From NCBI GenBank assembly GCA_934141475.1, contig CAKPCG010000006.1, positions 601-64,600 on the forward strand: a DNA stretch of 64,000 bases. The letters run 5' to 3'. Under the pieces are notes generated by a model. The model did no database searches. It saw only the letters and a program-made list of their open reading frames with translations, and was not told the DNA's origin. This DNA comes from an uncultured Clostridia bacterium. Its GTDB lineage: Bacteria > Bacillota > Clostridia > TANB77 > CAG-508. A program made the position numbers and the translations under genes. Below, one piece after another: positions 19,878 through 29,112 of this stretch (position 1 is its first letter; each line of letters opens with the position of its first letter).

Positions 19878-21077
19878 TTAGTTTACAATCTTTTGAGTAA
19901 TCATTGGTGTATTTTCAGTAATTCTTTCAAAATTATATCCATTATCTTTTCCATATCTAATAATATCTCTTAGTGCATTTAATGTTTTGGTATTTCCAGA
20001 AAAGTCATGCATTAGAACTATGTTATTCCTATTCTTTCTTATTCCTTTAGTTACATTGTTGTAAACTGCTTCTTTAGTTTTTACATCTCCTGAATCTCCT
20101 GAGGCTACATTCCAATCATAGTATTTATATCCTTTTTCCAGTAAATTTACTGCTAAATTTGTCATTATACCTGGATTAAATTTACTAACTGTGTTTGAAC
20201 TTCCTCCTGGAAATCTAATAAGTTTCGTATCTATTCCTGTACTTTCTTTTACTTTATTATTTAAGTTGATAAAGTTATTTAATCCATTTTCTAGTGATCC
20301 ATAAATATCCTTATAATTATGTGAGACTCCATGAAGTCCTATTGAGTGTCCTTCTTTTGCTTCTCTTTTTACTAATTCTTCCTTTTTATTATTATAATCT
20401 AATATAAAAAATGTAGCTTTTACATTCTCTTCTTTTAAAATGTCTAAAATATGTGGAGTAATGTCTAGGCTTGGTCCATCATCAAAAGTTAAATAAATTA
20501 CGCTTTCATTTTGCTTAGGTTTGTTTTTTATTAATATCCTCTCGTTTTTTGTTTCATTTCCTGAAGAATCTTTTACCTTATATATTATTTTATATTCATC
20601 TTCATTTATATTTTCTTTTTGAATTATTACATTGTTTGTAATATCTCCATCATAATTATCTTTTGCTACATATCCCATTTCTTCATATTCTTCATTTTCT
20701 TTTATATTTATAATTTTACTTCCTTTAAGTTCTAAGTTTGGTGCAATATTATCATTTACTTCTATATTTCTAGTTGCATATGGTTTATTATTTATACAAT
20801 AGTTTATATTATATTTTCCGACTTTTGATGTGTCAACTTCACCTTTTACTTGAATTTTATCATTTATTTCTTTTTTGTGTACTGTTGCATTTGCTCCTAA
20901 TTCCTTATATTCGCTTCCAAGTGTTAATGAAATATTACTGTCACCAATTAATTTAACTTGTGGCTTTTCCATAAAATAGCAAATTAATTTTATAGCTACT
21001 ACTATTAGTATTACAATTATTACTACCAAAATGATTTTTTTCTTGTTTATCTTTTTTATATTTTTTGCTTCGTTCAT
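19878..21077 (-). CDS. membrane-anchored polysaccharide (peptidoglycan) deacetylase, PdaV-like
   Basis: N-terminal TM, two Ig-like modules, then a NodB domain (IYLTFDDGPS...HSIGLHGVSH...RFPGGSS...VLMHD). Confidence 0.85.
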   Translation of the reverse strand: MNEAKNIKKINKKKIILVVIIVILIVVAIKLICYFMEKPQVKLIGDSNISLTLGSEYKELGANATVHKKEINDKIQVKGEVDTSKVGKYNINYCINNKPYATRNIEVNDNIAPNLELKGSKIINIKENEEYEEMGYVAKDNYDGDITNNVIIQKENINEDEYKIIYKVKDSSGNETKNERILIKNKPKQNESVIYLTFDDGPSLDITPHILDILKEENVKATFFILDYNNKKEELVKREAKEGHSIGLHGVSHNYKDIYGSLENGLNNFINLNNKVKESTGIDTKLIRFPGGSSNTVSKFNPGIMTNLAVNLLEKGYKYYDWNVASGDSGDVKTKEAVYNNVTKGIRKNRNNIVLMHDFSGNTKTLNALRDIIRYGKDNGYNFERITENTPMITQKIVN

Positions 21078-21091
21078 ACTATATCTCTTTT

Positions 21092-22000
21092 CTATTTTAA
21101 TATTTCAAATTCTGGTGTTCCCATATATCCAGCTGCTATTGAATATTTGTCAAAGATTATTACTGGATTTCCGTTTTTATTTATATAAAATGATTGATTT
21201 TCAGATATTCCATGGAAATAATTATCTTCTCCTCTTATATATTCATCATCTGGATGAAAGTATCTTATGTTTTCATCACTTTTTTCTTGTTCTTCAATTT
21301 GTTTATAAATTTGTTTATCTATGATTTTTTTATAATCTTTTCCTAATATATCTTCTAATTTAATTTCTTTTTCTGTTTCTAAATTATAATTATATGTGTA
21401 TATATCTTTACTACTTGTATTTAGTCCTTCTTCCTTAATTAAAATAAATGATAACATATTATCTTTATTATATTTTACTTCATAGTCAATTCTTATATGA
21501 TATTTTCCATATATTGAACCATTAATATTGTTTTTTCCTATTTCTGCTGCTATTTGGTTTGCAGATTTTTCTGTTTCATTTAATAAGTCAACAATTTTTT
21601 GTGCTATTTTATTATTTATCTTATTTTGCAAAATTTCATTATCTAAGTGTGCTACTTCTGGTATTTTGATATCTCTTTGAGAATTCTCTGTTTCGTCATG
21701 ATAATCTGCCCAAGTTAAAATTTCAGCGACCTTTCCTATTACCGGTATGTTTTTAGCTGTTTCTGCAAATGTAACATTTGTGTTTAGTAATACTATGAAT
21801 AAAAAGCAAAATGACATCGCAGTTGATAATATGATTTTGCTTTGTTTTGTCAATAACTTTTTATTTATTTTCTCTAATATGTTTTTATTTCTATTTTCTT
21901 TATTCCTCTCATATTCATAAATTATATTTTCTACCTTTTGATTTAACTCTTTTGGTATTTTAGTTGATTTATAAAAATTTTTTATTTTTTTAAAATTCAT
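21092..22000 (-). CDS. anti-sigma factor, RsiV-like (DUF4163/DUF3298 ectodomain)
   Basis: Short cytoplasmic N-terminus, one TM, then an ectodomain ending ..FDKYSIAAGYMGTPEFEI, typical of RsiV. Its start overlaps the stop of the sigma gene (22000). Confidence 0.75.
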   Translation of the reverse strand: MNFKKIKNFYKSTKIPKELNQKVENIIYEYERNKENRNKNILEKINKKLLTKQSKIILSTAMSFCFLFIVLLNTNVTFAETAKNIPVIGKVAEILTWADYHDETENSQRDIKIPEVAHLDNEILQNKINNKIAQKIVDLLNETEKSANQIAAEIGKNNINGSIYGKYHIRIDYEVKYNKDNMLSFILIKEEGLNTSSKDIYTYNYNLETEKEIKLEDILGKDYKKIIDKQIYKQIEEQEKSDENIRYFHPDDEYIRGEDNYFHGISENQSFYINKNGNPVIIFDKYSIAAGYMGTPEFEILK

Positions 22001-22503
22001 TATAATTCGTCCTTTCCTATTTTTATTTTTAATTCTTTTAAAGCCTTATATAGTCTTGTTTTTACAGTGCTTAGGTTAGAATTTGTAATTTTAGAAATTT
22101 CAGCTAAACTCTTATCTTCAAAAAATCTTAAAATAATAACAGTTTTTAGTTTTGGTTTTAGACTGTATATTGCCTTATATAAGTCCATTATATCCGTTAT
22201 TTCTTTATCTTTAAAATCCTCTGAAGAAAATTCATAATCTTGAATATTAAATATTGGCTCTTTTTTTTGTTTTTTTAGATATTTTAAACTTTCATTTATT
22301 GCTATTCTATATATCCAAGTTTCAAGATATTTTTCTTCTCTTAATTTTTCAAAATTATCTAAAGCTTTTACTATAATATTTTGTATTATATCTAAAGCTT
22401 GTTCTTCATCTTTAATATAACTAAACACTAGTCTATAAAGCTTTTCTTGATTTTTATTTATATATTGTATTATTTGCTGATTTCTTTTATCTAAATTTTT
22501 CAA
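22000..22503 (-). CDS. ECF sigma factor, SigV-like
   Basis: 167 aa with region 2 (LYRLVFSYIKDEEQALDIIQN...WIYRIAINE) and region 4 (RFFEDKSLAEISKITNSNLSTVKTRLYKAL). Confidence 0.85.
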   Translation of the reverse strand: MKNLDKRNQQIIQYINKNQEKLYRLVFSYIKDEEQALDIIQNIIVKALDNFEKLREEKYLETWIYRIAINESLKYLKKQKKEPIFNIQDYEFSSEDFKDKEITDIMDLYKAIYSLKPKLKTVIILRFFEDKSLAEISKITNSNLSTVKTRLYKALKELKIKIGKDEL

Positions 22504-22751
22504 ATTTTTCTCCTCTTTCTTTGGCTTACATTTATTAGATATTTTTCTTTATAAAAAAGTTTGTTTTTTTTATTTATTTTTTATTTATTTATTATACTTC
22601 AATATTATAAATATTCATATAGTTATATATTTTTTGCTATACTTATAGATAAAATTTTATTTTTAATATATTACAATCTAAATTTCAATTTTAATATTTT
22701 AATTTAATGCCAATTTATCACTGTATAATCTTTTTTCCAGATGTACTTCAA

Positions 22752-23067
22752 TGAAAAGAATCAAATCAAAATCTATCATTGCTTTATGTTTATCTTTAGT
22801 TATGTGCTTCCAATGAATCAGGTTACCATAGAACGGTCAAACTTCAATAGCGACACTAGTATAGTGGTTGGTATCTTTAATAGTAACGGCACACGTGTTA
22901 TGGACGATATGTGGTTTACTGGAAACGGAAAAAAGGAAAATATTTCAATGACAGTTCCTGGTGCATTCATAAATGGTGGAACTTATACTATTAAGTATAA
23001 TATTTATCATGGAGGCACAACTCCTCTCGCTGGTGATGATGGCTGGATTGGTGTTTGGATTTACTAA
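22752..23067 (+). pseudogene. frameshifted small secreted protein
   Basis: A signal peptide, MKRIKSKSIIALCLSLVMCFQ*, lies in one frame (ATG 22752). The mature part (..PMNQVTIERSNFNSD...GWIGVWIY) lies in the next frame. The break is not at a CGG. Confidence 0.4.
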
Positions 23068-23117
23068 TCTTTGAGCCTTACTAATTTAGTTTAGTTAAAA
23101 AGACATCCTACATTGGA

Positions 23118-23150
23118 CTAAAGCTCTCACTTGAAAGCTTTAGTTTTTTA
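23118..23150 (+). terminator. rho-independent terminator
   Basis: ctaaagct-ctcacttga-agctttag followed by tttttt. Confidence 0.7.
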
Positions 23151-23309
23151 TATAAAAAGTTTTCTAAATAAAATAAGAGTGAAATTTATTTTTATATTTT
23201 ATAAATTATTATATAAATATATTCTTTTCAGTTGGTATAGAGTTGGTTTTAAAAGGGATTTGTAAGGGGGAATTTTTAAAAAAATACTCCCACATTTTTG
23301 GACATACTC

Positions 23310-24083
23310 CTAGCGTACATACTCTTTCCTTTTTTCCTCCCTTTGATTGTGTTCTTCAATGCACTTGATTACAAAATCTTCTGCTTGTTTTTCAGTTATT
23401 ATATATTTGGGGAGTACCTTATTTATTCTTTCTGCACTAAATTTTATATGCTCTTTTTGGTTAGGTTTAGGCTGTTGCATTATTTCTTCAATTTTTTCTG
23501 TTGTCAATCTTCCCTCTTGACTCAATTTTTTCAAATATTGTGCCTATGATAATGTCGGTGTTGCCTCATCATATTCATATATATTGAGTATGATATATTG
23601 TTCATCATCTTTTAAATATGATAATTCTACTGCTGGGCTAAATGATATACGCTCATCATCTACTAGTATTAATAATTCTGGTATTAGTTCAGTTAGTCTA
23701 ATGTATCTATACACTGTATCTTTGCTTTCTCCGAATTCATTTCCTATTTTCTTTGCTGTTCTTTCCTCATTCAACTTTGTCGCAAGTTGCGACGAAGTTA
23801 AATCCGTTCTTTTTCCTTGATGTTTTTGTGCCTCTAACTTCATTTTATACGCAAATGCTTTTTCACTAGGTAGTATCTTTTCTCTTTGCATATTACTATC
23901 TACCATTTGAATTATTGCCTCATCATCTGTTAAATTCCTTATAATACACGGAAGTTCTTTTATTTGTGCTAGTTCACTTGCTTTTTTTCTTCTATGTCCA
24001 GATATAATTTCATAATTGACATCACTTCTTTGTCTTACAATTAAAGGGTGCATAAATCCCTCTGTTTTTATGCTTTCTGTCAT
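23310..24083 (-). pseudogene. ParB/Spo0J-like protein (ICE/plasmid type), N-terminally deleted, in-frame TAG
   Basis: ISGHRRKKASEL...MQREKILPSEKAFAYKMKLEA...; in-frame TAG at 23544-23546 (..PTLS*AQYLKKLSQEGRLT..), where family members have Gln. Confidence 0.75.
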
Positions 24084-24107
24084 TCCTTTGGCTGATAAAT
24101 AATGTGC

Positions 24108-24545
24108 TTATACTGGTATTATTACACTATCACTACTCGCAAGAGCATTAAGAGTAATCATACTTAATGACGGTCTACAATCAATTATTACATAATCGTA
24201 TTTGTCTTTAATTTGGTTTAGGTAACTTTTCAATATAAATTCTCTACTCATTATATTTACAAGTCCTAGTTCTATTGTTTCTAAATCAATATTAGACAGA
24301 ACTAAATCCACTCCCTCACTATGATGTAAAATTGCTTCATCTTCTTTTATTGGAATATCTTTTATTACTTTGTTTAATACATCTGCTAATGAATTCTCTA
24401 ATTCGTCTTGATTTCTCCAGCCTAAACAAGTTGTCAAATCTCCTTGTGGATCTGCGTCAACAAGTAATACTTTCTTTCCATTTTTAACAAGTCATACTCC
24501 TAAATTTAATGCTGTTGTAGTTTTACCAACTCCTCCTTTCGTCTT
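24108..24545 (-). pseudogene. ParA/Soj-like ATPase remnant
   Basis: [35 protein letters not shown]... with TGA at 24492-24494. The N-terminus is missing. TAA at 24108-24110 falls in ..IIPV*AHYLSAKG, and the frame then fuses to the ParB-like sequence (internal deletion). Confidence 0.75.
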
Positions 24546-24731
24546 TTATTTAGTCATTTAAAAATGACTATGTTACTTCGCTGATATGTATAAAACAAAT
24601 AAAGCAAGTTGCTTTTATACAACCTGCTTATCTGTAATCTCTTTCTTTATGCTTAACTCTCTTTTCTTTTTAAAAACACAAAAGAGCCAATAATTCAATC
24701 GACTCTAATGTTTTATTCAATTTTAATTTTA

Positions 24732-24755
24732 CCTTGTTAAGAAGTATCCTTGATG
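24732..24755. repeat. element end (att half-site) next to the cwlD 5' segment
   Basis: CCTTGTTAAGAAGtatccttgATG. Inverted repeat partner of 15363-15375; the ATG is shared with 15351-15353. Confidence 0.8.
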
Positions 24756-24917
24756 CCCAGCATCTATTATTATTGTTTTTCCTGATGCTGGCAAACTTAC
24801 TGTTGAAATATAGCCATTTTGTTTTTCGTTTGTCTCACTAGTTAAAAAGAATATGAAAATTGATAAGAATATACCTGATAAAATTAATGTTATTCTTTTT
24901 TTGTTTAATATAATCAT
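24753..24917 (-). CDS. cwlD: CwlD, 5' segment of the split gene (55 codons)
   Basis: MIILNKKRITLILSGIFLSIFIFFLTSETNEKQNGYISTVSLPASGKTIIIDAGH, then reads into the element (QGYFLTR*). Signal anchor and the LPxSGKxIxIDxGH motif match CwlD. Confidence 0.85.
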
Positions 24918-24982
24918 AAAAACCTCACTTTTTGTTTTTGGTAAATTATATTCATTTTGCTTAGTTTTTATGATTTTAAATT

Positions 24983-25936
24983 TTATCTTTCTTCATCATT
25001 TATTTCTTTTTGAGTATTATTTATTTGCTCTTTATCTCCATTTTCTTTTTGATACTCATAATTTGTTACAGCATTAACTAAATCATTATAATAATTTTTT
25101 CTACTTGCTTGTGCTCTTGGAGAATCATAATCTTCTTTGTTATTCATTTCTGCATAATATTTAATTCCGTTTCCTATTACACTTGCAACTTCTGGTAAAA
25201 TTCCCTCTTCATAGCTTTGTACTGTTTCTTCTGAATCATATATATGAGTATATTTACCATTGTAGTATGCAACTATTTCTTCTGATTTTATATCCTTTTC
25301 TTCGTTTTCTACTCTTGCTGATATGGTATCTTTTTCAAATCCGTTTTCTATTCCATTTTTTTTATTTATTTTTCTTAAAATTTCATCTCCGTTTTCAGCT
25401 TTATCTTTATATATTGTATAAATATAACCATTGCTTCCTTCATATTGCATACTTAGTGTTACATCATCTGTTGTTATTTTTTCTTGATTTTCTTCGTTAT
25501 ATTCGTCAGTATAAAATTCTTTTAAATATGTTAATAGTTCATTAGGATCTTTTATTTTGCTAATTTCTTGACTTACATCTTCTTGTACTTGTTGTTTTGT
25601 CTTTTTGGCTTCTACATTGTATTTTATTTCATCTTTAAACTTTCTTTTATTTTCATCTTTTGTTGATTCATTCTCGCTTTGATTTTGGGCTTTACTTGTG
25701 CTAGCTGCACCTAATAAATATCCACCTCCACCAACTAAAGCTAATGAAATAGCTGATGCTGAAAATACTGCAACTAATTTTGCCTTTTTTGCATTTCTTC
25801 TTATAATTTTAATTTTTTCTTTTTTAGTTAATGGTCTTTGTTCTTCTCTTTCTTTTGCTCTTATATCTTCTCTACTTTTCTTATGTGTAAGTGATATAAA
25901 GATACTTCTTTTTCTGTTATGTGCTTCTTTATCCAT
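24983..25936 (-). CDS. hypothetical membrane-anchored protein
   Basis: 317 aa: basic N-terminus, one TM (LVAVFSASAISLALVGGGGYLLGA), acidic ectodomain. No recognised family. Confidence 0.55.
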   Translation of the reverse strand: MDKEAHNRKRSIFISLTHKKSREDIRAKEREEQRPLTKKEKIKIIRRNAKKAKLVAVFSASAISLALVGGGGYLLGAASTSKAQNQSENESTKDENKRKFKDEIKYNVEAKKTKQQVQEDVSQEISKIKDPNELLTYLKEFYTDEYNEENQEKITTDDVTLSMQYEGSNGYIYTIYKDKAENGDEILRKINKKNGIENGFEKDTISARVENEEKDIKSEEIVAYYNGKYTHIYDSEETVQSYEEGILPEVASVIGNGIKYYAEMNNKEDYDSPRAQASRKNYYNDLVNAVTNYEYQKENGDKEQINNTQKEINDEER

Positions 25937-26011
25937 ATTTTATCCTCCACTTTTTATTCATAGTTATTATATACTTTACTTAAGTATATATCAAGTATTT
26001 TTAATAAAAAA

Positions 26012-26048
26012 AACTTTTGCACATTTAATATGCAAAAGTTTTTTATAT
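26012..26048. terminator. bidirectional terminator downstream of hup
   Basis: acttttgca-catttaata-tgcaaaagt flanked by A-run and T-run. Confidence 0.65.
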
Positions 26049-26060
26049 ATTTAAATAAAA

Positions 26061-26339
26061 TTATTTTTTATTTACGATGTCTTTTAAAGCTTTTCCAGCT
26101 TTGAATACTGGAGCTTTTGAAGCAGGTATTTTTATTTCTTCTTTAGTTTGTGGATTTCTTCCTTTTCTTGCAGCTCTTTTTCTTACTTCAAATGATCCAA
26201 ATCCTACTAATTGAATTTTGTCTCCTTCTGTTAAAGCTTCTGTTACTACTTCGATAAATGCATTTACTGATGCTTCAGCTGCTTTTTTTGTTTCTCCTGT
26301 TTTTGCAGCTACTGCTGCTACTAATTCAGCTTTGTTCAT
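26061..26339 (-). CDS. hup: DNA-binding protein HU
   Basis: 92 aa, [15 protein letters not shown]...[42 protein letters not shown]. Confidence 0.95.
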   Translation of the reverse strand: MNKAELVAAVAAKTGETKKAAEASVNAFIEVVTEALTEGDKIQLVGFGSFEVRKRAARKGRNPQTKEEIKIPASKAPVFKAGKALKDIVNKK

Positions 26340-26449
26340 TATAATTACCTCCTAAAATATGTGTGTATGTAGTTACTTTCCATGCTGTTTTCGCACTTTT
26401 ATAATCTACTTTAATTAATTTATTCGCCAATCTTCGATAAAATCCCTCT

Positions 26450-28060
26450 TTATTTAGAAATTTTTTTATTTTTATTTAATATTTTTATTTCTTTTAGTGA
26501 AATTATTCTTAAAATTACTATTAAAACTATATATATTAAAAGACTTGCAAATAGTGTTAATATTATAGACAAATAGCTATTTTTTATACACTTTGCATTT
26601 TGGTATATTAAACTTGATAATGTTATCATTATAATTGTTGCTATAAATGGTTTTATTATAACTTTTTTTATATTCAATTTAATTTTTATGTTTTTGTTAA
26701 GTATAATTATTCCTATTGTAAATGCAACTATATTACATACTATATTTCCAATTATAGCTCCATATATTCCTATCTTTGGATTTGGTAGTAATGTTATATT
26801 AATTACTAATTTAAATATCATTCCAATCCCGAATGCAATTGCTGGTACACCCACTTTTCCTATTGCTTGAAGTATTCCATTTATAGTTTGTGCTAGAATC
26901 ATAAATATTATAGATATACTACTTATTTTTAAATACATACTACCTTCCATAGCATTTGGAAATAATACCATCAATATTTCTTTAGAATATACGTACATGA
27001 TTGCTGTAATTGGAAATGCAATTAAAACACTCACCAAAATAAATATTTCCGATTTTTTTCTTACTTCTTCTATTCTTCCTTTTGCCATTGATTTAGAAAT
27101 ACTTGGAACCAGTGCTGTTACAAATGCTATATTTAATGAAAATGGTAAACTACATAAGCTGTCTATTTTTCCACTTAATATTCCATATTGAATTTTTGCT
27201 TCTTCTTCTGTTAAAAATCTTTTTAGGTATCTTACAATTGTAAATGAATCTATATTTTTATTAAATGATGATATTAAACTGCTTATTGATATAGGCATTG
27301 CAACTGTTAATATTTTTTTTAATGTTTTTCTTATTCTAGTTGGTTTGTAATTTACTGTTTCTGTGATTTCTTGTGCTATTTCTCTTCTTTTTAATCTGTA
27401 ATACATATATATGTATATAAAACTTGTAATTGTTGCAACTGTAGTTGCAAAATTTGCAGAAGCAGACATTATTTCTGTATTGTTTTTACCAAGTATAATA
27501 ACTATTTCTACTAAAACTATTGTAAATACTGTTTTAAATATCTGTTCTACAGATTGCGATTTAGCAGTTACTGAAAAGTTTTGTCTTCCATTAAAATATC
27601 CTCTTACAACAGATGTAATTGATACAAAAAATATTGATGGAGAAAGTGCAATTAGTGAGTATTTTGCCTCTGGTATTTGTAAAAACGCATTTGCTATTTT
27701 TTCTGCACCTAGAAATAATAAAATAGAACCTACTAAGCCTATAAATGCAAATGTAACAAATGCTATCTTAAAAATTTTATGTGCTCCTTTATTATCTCCT
27801 ATTGCTAATCTTTCAGAAACTAAATATGAAATTGCATTGGGAACACCAGTAGATGAAAATGTAAGAAGTAATGCGTATATTTGAAATCCACTACTATAAA
27901 TAGCGTTTCCTGCATCTCCAAATCCTTGTTTATTTGTTAAATATAATTTATATATTAGTCCTATTACCTTTATAAAAATTTGTGAAATTAATAATGACAT
28001 AATTCCTTTTATTATTCCCTCTTTTTTATTTTCCATAAAAATCGCTAAACCCCTTGACAA
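26450..28060 (-). CDS. spoVB: MOP-superfamily flippase, SpoVB/polysaccharide-biosynthesis type
   Basis: ~530 aa, about 14 predicted TM helices, N-terminal LISQIFIKVIGLIYKLYLTN pattern typical of SpoVB/MurJ-like proteins. The start is uncertain (TTG 28060 or ATG 28036). The symbol is tentative. Confidence 0.65.
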   Translation of the reverse strand: MSRGLAIFMENKKEGIIKGIMSLLISQIFIKVIGLIYKLYLTNKQGFGDAGNAIYSSGFQIYALLLTFSSTGVPNAISYLVSERLAIGDNKGAHKIFKIAFVTFAFIGLVGSILLFLGAEKIANAFLQIPEAKYSLIALSPSIFFVSITSVVRGYFNGRQNFSVTAKSQSVEQIFKTVFTIVLVEIVIILGKNNTEIMSASANFATTVATITSFIYIYMYYRLKRREIAQEITETVNYKPTRIRKTLKKILTVAMPISISSLISSFNKNIDSFTIVRYLKRFLTEEEAKIQYGILSGKIDSLCSLPFSLNIAFVTALVPSISKSMAKGRIEEVRKKSEIFILVSVLIAFPITAIMYVYSKEILMVLFPNAMEGSMYLKISSISIIFMILAQTINGILQAIGKVGVPAIAFGIGMIFKLVINITLLPNPKIGIYGAIIGNIVCNIVAFTIGIIILNKNIKIKLNIKKVIIKPFIATIIMITLSSLIYQNAKCIKNSYLSIILTLFASLLIYIVLIVILRIISLKEIKILNKNKKISK

Positions 28061-28194
28061 ATTTACTTTTTTGTAATAAAATTATTCAGTATTATGAGAA
28101 AATATGAATTAAATGTAAGACTTCTCCCCGGTGGTTTTAAATTTAATTATCATATAAATATATAATTAATTAAAATAGGAGGGTACATTTTACC

Positions 28195-28629
28195 ATGAAT
28201 AATATGACATATAGTGTTAAAAAAAGTGAAATACAAAGAAAATGGTATATAATCGATGCAGCCAACAAACCTTTAGGTAGAGTTGCTACAGAAGCTGCAA
28301 GATTACTTGCTGGAAAACATAAACCAATCTATACAAAAAACTTAGATACTGGTGACCATGTTATAATCTTAAATTGTAAAGATGTAGTATTAACAGGAAA
28401 CAAATTAAACCAAAAAATTTACAGACATCATTCTGGATATATTGGTGGAATGAAAGAAGTTCCTGCAAAAGACATGTTAGAAAAAAATCCTGAAAAAGCT
28501 ATGATGTTAGCTGTTAAAGGAATGTTACCTCACAACTCTTTAGGAGCTCAAATGCTTAAAAAATTAAGAGTATATGGTGGTAATGAACATGAAAACCAAG
28601 CACAAAAACCAGAAATATGGAATTTTTAA
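28195..28629 (+). CDS. rplM: 50S ribosomal protein L13
   Basis: 144 aa; [32 protein letters not shown]... Confidence 0.95.
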   Translation: MNNMTYSVKKSEIQRKWYIIDAANKPLGRVATEAARLLAGKHKPIYTKNLDTGDHVIILNCKDVVLTGNKLNQKIYRHHSGYIGGMKEVPAKDMLEKNPEKAMMLAVKGMLPHNSLGAQMLKKLRVYGGNEHENQAQKPEIWNF

Positions 28630-28649
28630 TTTAAAGGGAGGAAACATAA

Positions 28650-29051
28650 ATGCCTAAAGCTGAAAAAAAATATTATTACGGTACAGGTAGAAGAAAAGAT
28701 GCAGTAGCTAGAGTAAGACTTGTAGAAGGAACTGGAAAAATTACAATTAATGGAAAAGATTTAGATGAATATTTCGGATTAGAAACTTTAAAAGTTATCG
28801 TAAGACAACCTTTAACAGTTACTAATACAACAGCTAAATATGACGTAATTTCTACTGTAAAAGGTGGAGGATACACAGGTCAAGCTGGAGCTATTCGTCA
28901 TGGTATAGCTAGAGCTTTAAATGAAGCTGACGCAGAATATAGACCACTTTTAAAATCAAACGGATTCTTAACAAGAGATCCTCGTATGAAAGAAAGAAAG
29001 AAATATGGTCTTAAAAAAGCTAGAAAAGCACCACAATTTTCAAAGAGATAA
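28650..29051 (+). CDS. rpsI: 30S ribosomal protein S9
   Basis: 133 aa; [16 protein letters not shown]...[19 protein letters not shown]...[12 protein letters not shown]. Confidence 0.95.
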   Translation: MPKAEKKYYYGTGRRKDAVARVRLVEGTGKITINGKDLDEYFGLETLKVIVRQPLTVTNTTAKYDVISTVKGGGYTGQAGAIRHGIARALNEADAEYRPLLKSNGFLTRDPRMKERKKYGLKKARKAPQFSKR

Positions 29052-29074
29052 AAAGCTTTTATCAGAAGCAATTC

Positions 29075-29112
29075 AACCTCAGAAGTTTTACGACTTCCGA
29101 GGTTTTTATTAT
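29075..29112. terminator. bidirectional terminator between rpsI and the convergent gene
   Basis: aacctcagaagt-tttacg-acttccgaggtt followed by a T-run. Confidence 0.8.

Larger units (their letters stand above)
15351..24752. mobile_element. ~9.4 kb large-serine-recombinase element inserted in cwlD (decayed ICE/plasmid-like backbone plus sigV operon)
   Basis: Bounded by the two cwlD halves, which join seamlessly in frame (..IIIDAGH|GVPDEGA..). Recombinase gene at one end, terminal inverted repeats, ATG shared at both junctions. Confidence 0.85.

Noticed and set aside
22752-23067. Another CGG-dependent frameshift
   Set aside because: The frame change lies between 22752 and ~22815, where there is no CGG. 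The single CGG (22854) is in frame downstream of the break. This is treated as ordinary decay of an element gene.
28061-28194. rplM (L13) leader RNA
   Set aside because: Only a short GC patch (ctccccggtgg) is present. I could not fold or match the known leader by eye, so it is not reported as a feature.
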